Shown here: positions 48,442 through 57,444 of the stretch, piece by piece
How the letters are laid out: every line of letters starts with the position of its first letter
How positions within the stretch are numbered: the stretch's first letter is position 1
Assembly (NCBI GenBank): GCA_965261395.1
Contig: OZ253462.1
Span: forward strand, 5,856,001-5,920,000
From: Candidatus Latescibacterota bacterium
GTDB taxonomy: Bacteria > Latescibacterota > UBA2968 > UBA8231
DNA length: 64,000 nucleotides
Direction: 5' to 3'
Notes under the pieces: model-generated
Database searches by the model: none
Told to the model about the DNA's origin: nothing
Seen by the model: only the letters and a program-made list of their open reading frames with translations
Program-made: the position numbers and the translations under genes

Positions 48442-50628
48442 CTAGTCGGCGGCCATCACATAGACCTCTGTGTTGCCATCGCGATTGGACAAGAAGGCGA
48501 GGCGCTGGCCATCTGGAGCCCAAACAGGAGACCAGTCGTCACCGACGTTCTGCGTGAGGTTGGTGGAGTTGGTGCCGTCGGCGTCCATGACATAGACCTC
48601 TGTGTTGCCGTCGCGATTGGACAAGAAGACGAGGCGTTGGCCGTCGGGAGCCCAAACAGGAGCCCACTCACCGCTGAAGTGGTATGTGAGGCTAGTTGGG
48701 TCGGTGCCGTCGGCAGCCATGACATAGACCTCTGTGTTGCCGTCGCGATTGGACTCGAACACAATGCGTTGGCCATCGGAAGACCAAACAGGATTCCCGT
48801 CGATGCCAGCGTCTTGTGTGAGGTTGGTCAGGTCGCTGCCGTCGGCGGCCATGACATAGACTTCCGCGTTGCCGTCGCGATTGGACGTAAACGCGATGTG
48901 TTGACCATCGGGAGACCAAACAGGAGCCCAGTCGTCGCCCGCGCTCTGGGTGAGGTTGGTGGGATCGGTACCGTCGGCGTCCATGACATAGACCTCTGTG
49001 TTGCCATCTCGATTGGACGTGAAGGCGAGGCGTTGGCCGTCGGGAGACCAAACAGGAGCCCAGTCGTCGCCCGTGCTCTGGGTGAGGTTGGTGGGATCGG
49101 TGCCGTCGGCGTCCATGACATAGACCTCTGTGTTGCCGTCGCGCTCAGACGTGAATGCGAGGCGTTGGCCGTCGGGAGACCAAACGATATTCCACCCGTC
49201 GGTGTCGGCGTTCTGGGTGAGGTTAGTTGGGTTGGTGCCGTCGGCGTCCATGACATAGACCTCTGTGTTGCCATCGCGACTGGACGCGAAGGCGAGGCGT
49301 TGACCGTCGGGAGACCAAACAGGAGCCCAGTCGTCACTGGCGTTCTGGGTGAGGTTAGTTGCGATGTTGCTAGCGCTGCTGAGACTCCGCACATCAAGCG
49401 TATAGTCTGTCGTCGATCTGTACGCCTCTATATGGATGTAGTAAGTACCTGAACTGACAGGAACAAGAATTTGGAAATTGAAGCCCGCAGCGGAGTTGCC
49501 GTCCCTAGCCAAGACGTTGCCAGAGCTATCAAAAATGAAGGTGTAGGCACCCATGCTACTCGTCACAGAAGCCGACAAGACGCCCGCAGTGTTCATCTCA
49601 AGGCGAAAATAATCCACATCACCCTCCGATATCGAGCCAACAGTCGAACTCCCCAAAGGCACCTCCGTCGCCTCAGAGAGCGTGTCGCCATGATCATCGC
49701 CGATCAGCGGCAACGTCGGATCGGACGGATTGTCGGTGTAGCGGACGAGGAGCAAGAGATCGGCTAAATCGACCGTGCCATCGTTGTTTATATCGCCGAG
49801 GGAAATGTCGCCGTTGTTGGGAAGAATAATGGAGGAGTCTGCTATAACATATAATAGTACATACAGCACATCCGAGATATCGACTTGCCCATCGTTGTTC
49901 ACATCCCCTAATAACCCGCCCGCAGCCACCTTCATCCGTGGGATACCGCCGTGCTCTTCGATCACAAGGTCCGCCTCGTCAATCCCCATCCGAAAAGCCG
50001 GGTTCACATACGCAACCAAACCCTCGCCCGAGACCGTCAGCCCATAGACCGAGCCATCCGCTGCCACTAAATCCTCGACCGCCGACCGCACCGGCCCCGC
50101 CGGAATCCCCGCCTGCCCATCCACCAACACCATCCGCCGACTCTCCGTCTGATCATTGCTGCTCAGCCGGTAGATATACACCCCTGCGCCCACGGCTCGC
50201 CCCGCTGCATCCGTAGCATCCCATTGCGCCATATGCACCCCTGCCGACCTCACCCCATCCACTAACGTCGCCAGACGCTGACCCAGCAGGTTGAACACTT
50301 CCAGCCGCACATGGCCAGCCACCGGCAGTTGGTAGGGAATGACGGTCGAAGGATTGAACGGATTGGGGTAATTCTGCCCCAGCGCAAAGTCGGTCGGCAG
50401 AGCTGTGCCCCTTGCCCTAGAGAGTGCTCGCAGCGGCAGCGCGAAATGCCCGGTCTCGTCCGTGGTGGTGCCGACGAACCGGCGCAGATCGGTCAAATCA
50501 AACAGCCGCACCTGTGCGCCAATGGCTGGCTGCCCAGACGACAGTCGCACCCGGCCTTCAAGGAGAGATTCTGCGCCGACGCTGACGCTCAGCACCAATC
50601 CGATGAAACTACCGATCAAATACTTCAC
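48442..50628 (-). CDS. Secreted protein: N-terminal FlgD/CTD-like Ig domain, dockerin-like EF-hands, PPC-like domain, TolB/PD40 propeller
   Basis: Signal peptide; QNYPNPFNPST near the N-terminus; GDVNNDGQVDISD and GDINNDGTVDLAD; seven ~132-bp PVWSPDGQRLAF repeats. Confidence 0.88.
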   Translation of the reverse strand: MKYLIGSFIGLVLSVSVGAESLLEGRVRLSSGQPAIGAQVRLFDLTDLRRFVGTTTDETGHFALPLRALSRARGTALPTDFALGQNYPNPFNPSTVIPYQLPVAGHVRLEVFNLLGQRLATLVDGVRSAGVHMAQWDATDAAGRAVGAGVYIYRLSSNDQTESRRMVLVDGQAGIPAGPVRSAVEDLVAADGSVYGLTVSGEGLVAYVNPAFRMGIDEADLVIEEHGGIPRMKVAAGGLLGDVNNDGQVDISDVLYVLLYVIADSSIILPNNGDISLGDINNDGTVDLADLLLLVRYTDNPSDPTLPLIGDDHGDTLSEATEVPLGSSTVGSISEGDVDYFRLEMNTAGVLSASVTSSMGAYTFIFDSSGNVLARDGNSAAGFNFQILVPVSSGTYYIHIEAYRSTTDYTLDVRSLSSASNIATNLTQNASDDWAPVWSPDGQRLAFASSRDGNTEVYVMDADGTNPTNLTQNADTDGWNIVWSPDGQRLAFTSERDGNTEVYVMDADGTDPTNLTQSTGDDWAPVWSPDGQRLAFTSNRDGNTEVYVMDADGTDPTNLTQSAGDDWAPVWSPDGQHIAFTSNRDGNAEVYVMAADGSDLTNLTQDAGIDGNPVWSSDGQRIVFESNRDGNTEVYVMAADGTDPTSLTYHFSGEWAPVWAPDGQRLVFLSNRDGNTEVYVMDADGTNSTNLTQNVGDDWSPVWAPDGQRLAFLSNRDGNTEVYVMAAD

Positions 50629-50701
50629 AGGTCATACTCCTTGTTGAATGGTTGATTGTCTTCCGACGAGTAGAAAGCAATCGGCCTAAAAATCTGTCAA
50701 G

Positions 50702-53700
50702 CTACCGCAGCAGCACGAGTTTGCGCGTCAGGATGCCCTCGTCTGTCACCAGCCGGTACAGATAGATGCCGCTGGCTAGGGGGCGACCCACGTCGTCGCG
50801 GCCATTCCAGCGCAGCCGATGGTAGCCGGCCTGCTGGTGTCCCTGGCGCAGGACGGCCACTCGCTGCCCGATCATCGAGAACACCTCGAGGCGCGCCGGT
50901 CCTGGTTCCAACAGGAAGTAGGAGAGGACGGTCTGGCTGTTGAACGGATTGGGCGCGTTTTGCTGCAACTGGGTTTTCTCCGGCAGGCCGATCAACGCCT
51001 GGGCCTTAGCTGCCGGCTGGGACGGCGCCGCCATGTGGTAGGCGTAAATCTTGTCGTCCTCCTCGTCCGCCACCCATAGGGTCATGCCGTCCGCCCAGAG
51101 GCCCGTGGGGCTGTCGTTTCCAGCGGCTTGTAGGGTATTGAAATCGTTGTTGGGGTCTCGGGCCTTGGTGGACAGGTTATAGGCGTAAATCTTGTCGTCC
51201 GTCACGTCCGTCACCCACATGGTCGTGCCGTCCGACCAGAGGCCATAGAAGTAGGTGTTTCCAGCGGCTTGTAGGGTATTGAAATCCTTGGTTGGAACCC
51301 GTACCTTGGCGGCCATGTCGTACGCGTAGATCTTGTCGTCAGAACCGTCCGCTACCCACATGGTGATTCCGTCCGACCAGATGGCTTTGGGGTGGTCGTT
51401 TTCAGCGTCGTCCAAGGTATTGAAATCCTTGGTTGGAACCCGCTCCTTGGTGGCCATGTCGTACGCGTAAATCTTGTCGGTACCCCTTTCGTCATCGTCT
51501 GCGACCCACATGGTCGTTCCGTCGGACCAGATGCCTGTAGGGCGGTCGTTTCCAGCGGCTTGTAGGGTATTGAAATCCTTGGTTGGAACCCGCTCCTTGG
51601 TGGCCATGTCGTACGCGTAAATCTTGGTTCTACCAGAGGTGTCATTGAACCACCCCTCTAGAACCCACATGGTCGTTCCGTCGGACCAGATTCCCACAGG
51701 GGAAGAGTTTCCAGCGGCTTCTAGGGTGTTGAAATCAAACTTTGGGTTCCGGACGTAGGGGACGAGGAAGCCGGCGGTGACGGGTATTTCTACGGTGAGG
51801 GCGGGCCCGTCGTAGTTGGCGATGGCCTGCGCTTGCACCGTGAAGATCAGCGTGCCGTCGGTGGCCATGCCGCCGACGAGATCGCCGATGTACGTCAACC
51901 TGACCGTCACCACCGTGTCGCTCACGCGCCTTATGTCGGAAGAGCTGTCAAACGTTACGCCGAGGATGCCCGACATGGTCACGGCATATTGGATGGCGGA
52001 GAGATCCTGCTGGTAGGAACGGCTCGTTAGGGTCAGCGCCACCACGATGCCGTTCAGCGAGGACTCCCACAGCTGAGACGGGGATGCGACCACCGATTCC
52101 GCCACCGCGGTGACGGGTATTTGTGCGGTGAGCGCCGGCCCGTCGTAGTTGGCGATGGCCTGCGCCCCCACCGTGAAAGTCAGGGTGCCGTCGGTGGTCA
52201 GATCGCCGCTGAACGTCAACTCGACCGTCACCACCGTGTCGCCCACCCGATTTATGTCGGAGCGGTTGACCGTTACCTCGGCGATGCCCGACACGGTCAC
52301 GGCTTCCCGGATGGCGGAGATAGACCGCTCGTAGGGACGGCTCGTTAGGGTCAGCGCCACCACGCTGCCGTTCAGCGAGGACTCTCGTAGCGGAGACGGG
52401 GATGCAACCAGCGATTCCGCCAGTGCGGTGACGGGTATTTGTGCGGTGAAGGCGGGCCCGTCGTAGTTGGCGATGGCCTGCGCCCCCACCGTGAAAGTCA
52501 GGGTGCCGTCGGTGGTCAGATCGCCGCTGAACGTCAACTCGACCGTCACCACCGTGTCGCCCACCCGATTTATGTCGGAGCGGTTGACCGTTACCTCGGC
52601 GATGCCCGACACGGTCACGGCTTCCCGGATGGCGGAGATAGACCGCTCGTACGCTCCACCTGACAGCAGCAGTGCCACCACGCCGCCATCTACCGTCGCC
52701 TCCGTCAACGGGCCCGCCGTGGAGACGATTAGGGTTGGGGTTCCTTCCTCCCCTCCGGGTGCTTCTGGTTGTTGGGGTTGTTCGGGTTGCTGATCCCCGC
52801 TGTCGCCAACCGTCCCGACCGTGGACGATTCGTTGCTGTCGGTGACGTTGATGGTGACGATGATGGTGTCGGTGAGGCTACCATCGGAGACGGTGACAAC
52901 CACCGAATAGGCAGACTTCGTTTCGTAGTCCAGTGCCGCCTTGGTTTTTAACTGACCGGTCGTGGACTCTATGTTGAACGCCGCCGCATCGGTGCCGCGG
53001 AGGGTGTAGGTGAGCACGTCGTGGTCGGCATCGGTGGCGGCGATGGCGGTGCCGATGTTGACGCCGGCGGCCGTATGCTCCGCTATGGTGCGAGTGGTGC
53101 TGGCCCCGTCGGTGAACACCGGCGCGGTGTTCGCGAGAACCTCCTCTAGGTCGGTGACGTTGATCGGGACGATGATGGTGTCGGTGAGCGTTCCATCGGA
53201 GACGGTGACAACCACCGAATAGGCAGACTTCGTCTCGTAGTCCAGTGCCGCCTTGGTTTTTAACTGACCGGTCGTGGACTCTATGTTGAACGCCGCCGCA
53301 TCGGTGCCGCGGAGGGTGTAGGTGAGCACGTCGTGGTCGGCATCGGTGGCGGCGATGGCGGTGCCGATGTTGACGCCGGCGGCCGTATGCTCCGCTATGG
53401 TGCGAGTGGTGCTGGCCCCGTCGGTGAACACCGGCGCGGTGTTCGCGAGAGTACTGATGACTTCCAGCGGCAGGTCGTTGGCTTTGACGAGGGCGTAGCC
53501 GACATGGTTGGTGGGCAGTCTCGGCAAGGTGCCTATATCCACCGTGACCGCCGCCGTCGTGCCAGGGGTGCGCACCACGGTGAGGGGCGCGCTTGCTACG
53601 CTGCCGGCGGGGATCGTGAGGGTGGTTGCGCCGCCGCTGAGGCGGCCGTTGGTGACGTTAATCGGCAGCACGATCTCAAACGGTGCCCCGATGGGTGCCA

Positions 53701-55177
53701 CCGCCTGGACCTGATCCGCGCCAACCTGCTCTAACGAAAGGGTAAGCGGCAGCGGATCTACGGCGTTGCCATATAGGTAGAGCGTGGCCAGCGACGATAG
53801 CCCGTCAAACAGACCATTAGGCAACGAACTCAACTGGTTACCGTTCAAGTAGAGCGTCGTCAGCGACGACAGCCCGTCAAACAGGTCTGCTGGTAGCGTC
53901 GATAACTGGTTGTCATACAGGCGGAGTTCCACCAAGCGGGTCAGGCCCGCGAAGTCGTCGGCTTGGAGGGTTGTAATGCTTTGACCGTTCAGGAACAGAC
54001 TCGTAATGCTGGATGCTAACTGTGTCTGGGGCACGTCGTTACAATCGCTTACACTTGGCACGGCGGCCACGATCGCGTCGCGCACCTGCGGCGTGCGGTC
54101 GCAAAGGGTTATGGTTGGGGTACCCCCCTCCCCCCCGGGTGCTTCCGGTTGTTGGGGTTGTTCGGGTTGCTGATCCCCGCGGTCGCCAACCGTCCCGACC
54201 GTGGACGATAGGACTTCCAGCGGCCGGTCGCTGGCTTTGGCAAGGGCGTAGCCGGCATGGTCTGTGGGTAGCCCCGGCAAGGTGCCAATATCCGCCGTGA
54301 CCGCCGCCGTCGTGCCGGGGGTGCGCACCACGGTGAGGGGCGCGCTTGCCACGCTGCCAGCGGGGATTGTGAGGGTGGTTGCGCCGCCGCTGAGGCGGCC
54401 ATTGGTGACGCTAATCGGCAGCACGATCTCAAACGGTGCCCCGATGGGTGCCACCGCCTTGACCTGATCTGCGCCAACCTGCTCTAACGAAACGGCCAGC
54501 GGCAGCGGGTCAACCGAGTTGCCATCCAAGCGAAGCACGGCCAGCGACGACAGCCCAGCAAACAGGCTGTCAGGAAGGGTTGACAATTGGTTGTCGTCGA
54601 GTTCTAGGTGCGTCAGGTTGGTCAGGTTGCCCAGTTCTTTTGGAATGGTCCCCGTCAACTGATTGTCCGAGAGCACCAGTCGTTCTAGGTGGGTCAGGTT
54701 GCCCAGCTCAGCGGGGATTTCGCCGCTTAACCGGTTCTGATCGAGTTCGAGGTATCTCAGGTTGGCGAGGTGGCCCAACTCGGAGGGGATCTCACCGCTC
54801 AATCGGTTCTGATTGAGTACTAGGTATCTCAGGTGGGCGAGGTTGCCCAGTTCAGCGGGGATCTCGCCACTTAACAGGTTTCTTTCGAGACGCAGCTCAT
54901 ACACCTGGCCGACGTTTTCGGTGGAAACGCCTGCCCACTCGCCGAGGGGCTGGTTGCTGAGCCAGTTTGTCTTGTTCCGCCAACTGGGGCCATTGGTGGC
55001 GTTGTATAGCGCAACCAGTGCGACACTGTCGGAGTTTGCGGACTCGGACGTGAGAGCAGAGGTTGCCATCTGCTCGAACGCATCCCCGAGTTCGACCCCG
55101 TTCTGGGCGCGGCTGTCTTGCGCCAACAGAACAGCGACTAATAAGAAGGCGAGATGGAACAAGCGGTTCTTTTTCAT
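50702..55177 (-). CDS. Secreted LRR / Ig / 2x cadherin-like / beta-propeller protein with FlgD/T9SS-CTD-like tail
   Basis: Signal peptide; plant-type then bacterial LRRs; two near-identical cadherin-like units; five DFNTL..AGN..P.GIWSDGTTMWV repeats; QNAPNPFN tail. Confidence 0.9.
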   Translation of the reverse strand: MKKNRLFHLAFLLVAVLLAQDSRAQNGVELGDAFEQMATSALTSESANSDSVALVALYNATNGPSWRNKTNWLSNQPLGEWAGVSTENVGQVYELRLERNLLSGEIPAELGNLAHLRYLVLNQNRLSGEIPSELGHLANLRYLELDQNRLSGEIPAELGNLTHLERLVLSDNQLTGTIPKELGNLTNLTHLELDDNQLSTLPDSLFAGLSSLAVLRLDGNSVDPLPLAVSLEQVGADQVKAVAPIGAPFEIVLPISVTNGRLSGGATTLTIPAGSVASAPLTVVRTPGTTAAVTADIGTLPGLPTDHAGYALAKASDRPLEVLSSTVGTVGDRGDQQPEQPQQPEAPGGEGGTPTITLCDRTPQVRDAIVAAVPSVSDCNDVPQTQLASSITSLFLNGQSITTLQADDFAGLTRLVELRLYDNQLSTLPADLFDGLSSLTTLYLNGNQLSSLPNGLFDGLSSLATLYLYGNAVDPLPLTLSLEQVGADQVQAVAPIGAPFEIVLPINVTNGRLSGGATTLTIPAGSVASAPLTVVRTPGTTAAVTVDIGTLPRLPTNHVGYALVKANDLPLEVISTLANTAPVFTDGASTTRTIAEHTAAGVNIGTAIAATDADHDVLTYTLRGTDAAAFNIESTTGQLKTKAALDYETKSAYSVVVTVSDGTLTDTIIVPINVTDLEEVLANTAPVFTDGASTTRTIAEHTAAGVNIGTAIAATDADHDVLTYTLRGTDAAAFNIESTTGQLKTKAALDYETKSAYSVVVTVSDGSLTDTIIVTINVTDSNESSTVGTVGDSGDQQPEQPQQPEAPGGEEGTPTLIVSTAGPLTEATVDGGVVALLLSGGAYERSISAIREAVTVSGIAEVTVNRSDINRVGDTVVTVELTFSGDLTTDGTLTFTVGAQAIANYDGPAFTAQIPVTALAESLVASPSPLRESSLNGSVVALTLTSRPYERSISAIREAVTVSGIAEVTVNRSDINRVGDTVVTVELTFSGDLTTDGTLTFTVGAQAIANYDGPALTAQIPVTAVAESVVASPSQLWESSLNGIVVALTLTSRSYQQDLSAIQYAVTMSGILGVTFDSSSDIRRVSDTVVTVRLTYIGDLVGGMATDGTLIFTVQAQAIANYDGPALTVEIPVTAGFLVPYVRNPKFDFNTLEAAGNSSPVGIWSDGTTMWVLEGWFNDTSGRTKIYAYDMATKERVPTKDFNTLQAAGNDRPTGIWSDGTTMWVADDDERGTDKIYAYDMATKERVPTKDFNTLDDAENDHPKAIWSDGITMWVADGSDDKIYAYDMAAKVRVPTKDFNTLQAAGNTYFYGLWSDGTTMWVTDVTDDKIYAYNLSTKARDPNNDFNTLQAAGNDSPTGLWADGMTLWVADEEDDKIYAYHMAAPSQPAAKAQALIGLPEKTQLQQNAPNPFNSQTVLSYFLLEPGPARLEVFSMIGQRVAVLRQGHQQAGYHRLRWNGRDDVGRPLASGIYLYRLVTDEGILTRKLVLLR

Positions 55178-55311
55178 CGGCGATCTCCTTTGGTTAAAGG
55201 ATTTCGACAGTAGCTTCTCCCTCTTGTCTGAGAGAGCTTCCGTGGACTTGAATTCATGGGAATTCGGGGGCCACGATGGTATCGGTTATGGGCATGGCTC
55301 TATCCTACATT

Positions 55312-55364
55312 AGATAAAGATAAACTTTAAGCGGACAGGGAATGTCCGTTGCGTCAAAAAAATT
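55312..55364 (-). promoter_or_regulatory. Conserved promoter/operator block, copy 4 (perfect palindrome)
   Basis: CGGACA-GGGAA-TGTCCG at 55332-55348, followed by the first 15 nt of the WYL gene. Confidence 0.88.
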
Positions 55365-55449
55365 TAAATAGTGGGTCAATTTGAATTTTCAGTCAGGCGA
55401 AACTCATCTTAACCTTCCGCAACAGCAATCGGAACCTCAAGTAATTTCG

Positions 55450-55478
55450 CCTAAGCGGTGGGGCCGTACCGGCTTAGG
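55450..55478 (-). terminator. Hairpin downstream of the isomerase gene
   Basis: CCTAAGC-GGT...ACC-G-GCTTAGG stem 12 bp after the stop; weak U-tract. Confidence 0.4.
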
Positions 55479-55490
55479 AAGTGATAGAGG

Positions 55491-56417
55491 CTACGACAAC
55501 TCGCCGATTAGCCTGCGGATGTTGGCGTAGTTCGTCTGCATGGCTTCGAGCCGCGAGCCGCTTGCCGGCAGGAAGTGGGTGGCAATCGACAGGACGACGT
55601 CGCAGCGGTTGTCGCGCAGGTTGCGCAGGATCGTCGGGTAATCCACTTCCCCCTCGCCGATGGGCGCGTACTCGAATTCGAGCTTTGGGCCGTTTATGGT
55701 GCACAGATCCTTGGCGTGGACGCCGTGCAGGTAGGGGCGCAGGTTTTCGAATCCCGCGGTGGCATTATCGACTTCGCCGCAGTTGTAGTTGTCCGCCGGA
55801 CACCAGAGCACCTTGAAGCGCCGCGAGCCTACGGCTTCGACAATGCGGCGGAAGTTGCGGCTGGTGTTGCCGTAGTTCCACTGCATCATCAGGAAGGCGA
55901 TATCCACGTCGTATTGCTCGGCGAGGTCGGCGAACATGGAGAACGCCTCGACTAGCTTTTCCATGTCGCCGTCGGAGATGATGCCGCCACGGGTCGCCCA
56001 GCGCATGGGCCAGGTCGGCTTGCCGCCGGTGTACTCGGCCGGCCAGGCGAAGCTGCTGCAGCCGACTGCGGCGATTCCCAAGCGGGCCGAAACCTCCATC
56101 GACCGTTCCAGCTTGGTAAAATGATCCTTGAATTGGGCGTGTTCGAGCATCTTGCCCGGCTCAAGCTCGGCGAGGTGCACTGTCTTGAATAACCCAGCGC
56201 CGTCGAGCAGGAAAAACTCGAGACCGTGCGCGGCGACCTGCGCGGCGGCTTGGTCTATCTCGGCGTCGGAAAGCTCGTAGAAGCTGCGATTGTCGGAGTG
56301 GGTGCCGCACCAGACGTAGTGCGCGCCGAGATCGCGCGCCGTGGCCAGCGATTGCTCGAATGGCTGCTGCAGCTCTCCGAGGTAGATCCCCATCTTGAAT
56401 TCGTAGTGGTTGCTCAT
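55491..56417 (-). CDS. Sugar-phosphate isomerase/epimerase (xylose-isomerase-like TIM barrel)
   Basis: LHGVHAKD...PIGEGEVDYPTILRNL motif and typical size; several usual metal ligands look substituted. Confidence 0.78.
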   Translation of the reverse strand: MSNHYEFKMGIYLGELQQPFEQSLATARDLGAHYVWCGTHSDNRSFYELSDAEIDQAAAQVAAHGLEFFLLDGAGLFKTVHLAELEPGKMLEHAQFKDHFTKLERSMEVSARLGIAAVGCSSFAWPAEYTGGKPTWPMRWATRGGIISDGDMEKLVEAFSMFADLAEQYDVDIAFLMMQWNYGNTSRNFRRIVEAVGSRRFKVLWCPADNYNCGEVDNATAGFENLRPYLHGVHAKDLCTINGPKLEFEYAPIGEGEVDYPTILRNLRDNRCDVVLSIATHFLPASGSRLEAMQTNYANIRRLIGELS

Positions 56418-56424
56418 GATTTCC

Positions 56425-57258
56425 CTATCCCCGCGACGGCTCGGCCATTTCTGCCCGCGCCTTCGCTGCTAGTTTTTTGAGGTGGCCGTCGTTGGCCATG
56501 CGCTGTTCGAGATGTACCATGCGGCGTTCACTTGCGGTGGCGATCATGGTTTCGCTGTACGCGCGCTCCGCCCAGAAGCGGGCCAGCCCGGCGATGTCTT
56601 GTTTGACGGTGTCGAGCTGATCGTCGGGCACGCGCACCATGCAGTTGATGGTGAACATGCGGCGACGACCACCGCCCCCGAAGGCCGCGTGTTTGAGGTT
56701 GTGCTGGAAGACGACGACGTCTCCTGGGACGATCTCCAGCGCGACGGCGGGTACCTGGTCGCCGGAGATGCCCCACTGCTCCGGCGATTGGCGCGCGTTT
56801 GCTTCGAGTGCATCAGCGTACTGATCGCGAAGTCGGTGGCTGCCTGGGATCACGCGCAGGCAGCCGGTGTCCCGCGTCAGGTGGTCGAGGTAGAAGGCGA
56901 TCTTGACGTGGCGCACTTCCTTCTGGTAGCCGTCGGAGTGCCACTGCGTGTCGCCGGCGTAGTAGTTGCCGTCGGAACTGCTGTAGTTGAAGTCGTCGCC
57001 GAGCAGGCTGGCCAGCAAGCCCTCGATGCGCGGATCGTCGAGCAGCGCGCACAGGCGCTCGTGTTGATCGATGAAAGGCACGATGCAGGAGCGCCGTTGG
57101 TCGTCGTGCGGGTTGCCGTCGTGGCCGCCGCCGCGCTCGGCCCAGACCTGCTCAAAGGCGTCGATGATTTCGTCGATGCAGTCGGCCATCAACCCCGGCA
57201 GCCCGAGGTAGCCGAAGGTGTCGAAAAAGTTGAGTTGCTGTTGGTTGAGACGGATCAT
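56425..57258 (-). CDS. Phytanoyl-CoA dioxygenase (PhyH) family Fe(II)/2OG enzyme
   Basis: FDTFGYL, WHSD, GCLRVIPGSH, PGDVVVF..NLKHA; start at 57258 with GGGAGA RBS. Confidence 0.88.
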   Translation of the reverse strand: MIRLNQQQLNFFDTFGYLGLPGLMADCIDEIIDAFEQVWAERGGGHDGNPHDDQRRSCIVPFIDQHERLCALLDDPRIEGLLASLLGDDFNYSSSDGNYYAGDTQWHSDGYQKEVRHVKIAFYLDHLTRDTGCLRVIPGSHRLRDQYADALEANARQSPEQWGISGDQVPAVALEIVPGDVVVFQHNLKHAAFGGGGRRRMFTINCMVRVPDDQLDTVKQDIAGLARFWAERAYSETMIATASERRMVHLEQRMANDGHLKKLAAKARAEMAEPSRG

Positions 57259-57444
57259 GTGGTTTCTCCCGGAGCGCTTGACGGAGGATGGGGGAGGCGA
57301 TACTTTGGCCGCGACAGGCTTCTTGGATGCCACGTCCAATCTAACAAGGAGCATATCTTCATTCAATGGCTATACAGAAGAACGGATCAACGCCTCTCGC
57401 TGCTGTAGAATGGCATTTGATAGCGACAGACGCGGAGGGCCGCA

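Noticed and set aside
48445-51740. Regular repeats (132-bp TolB units, ~145-bp DFNTL units; also collagen and 72-bp LRR units elsewhere) as a CRISPR array
   Set aside because: All are in-frame coding repeats without unique spacers, and no cas genes are present. WYL genes alone do not imply CRISPR.
41009-55490. Autonomous mobile element (prophage, ICE, IS)
   Set aside because: No integrase, transposase, phage or conjugation genes and no terminal inverted repeats recognised.
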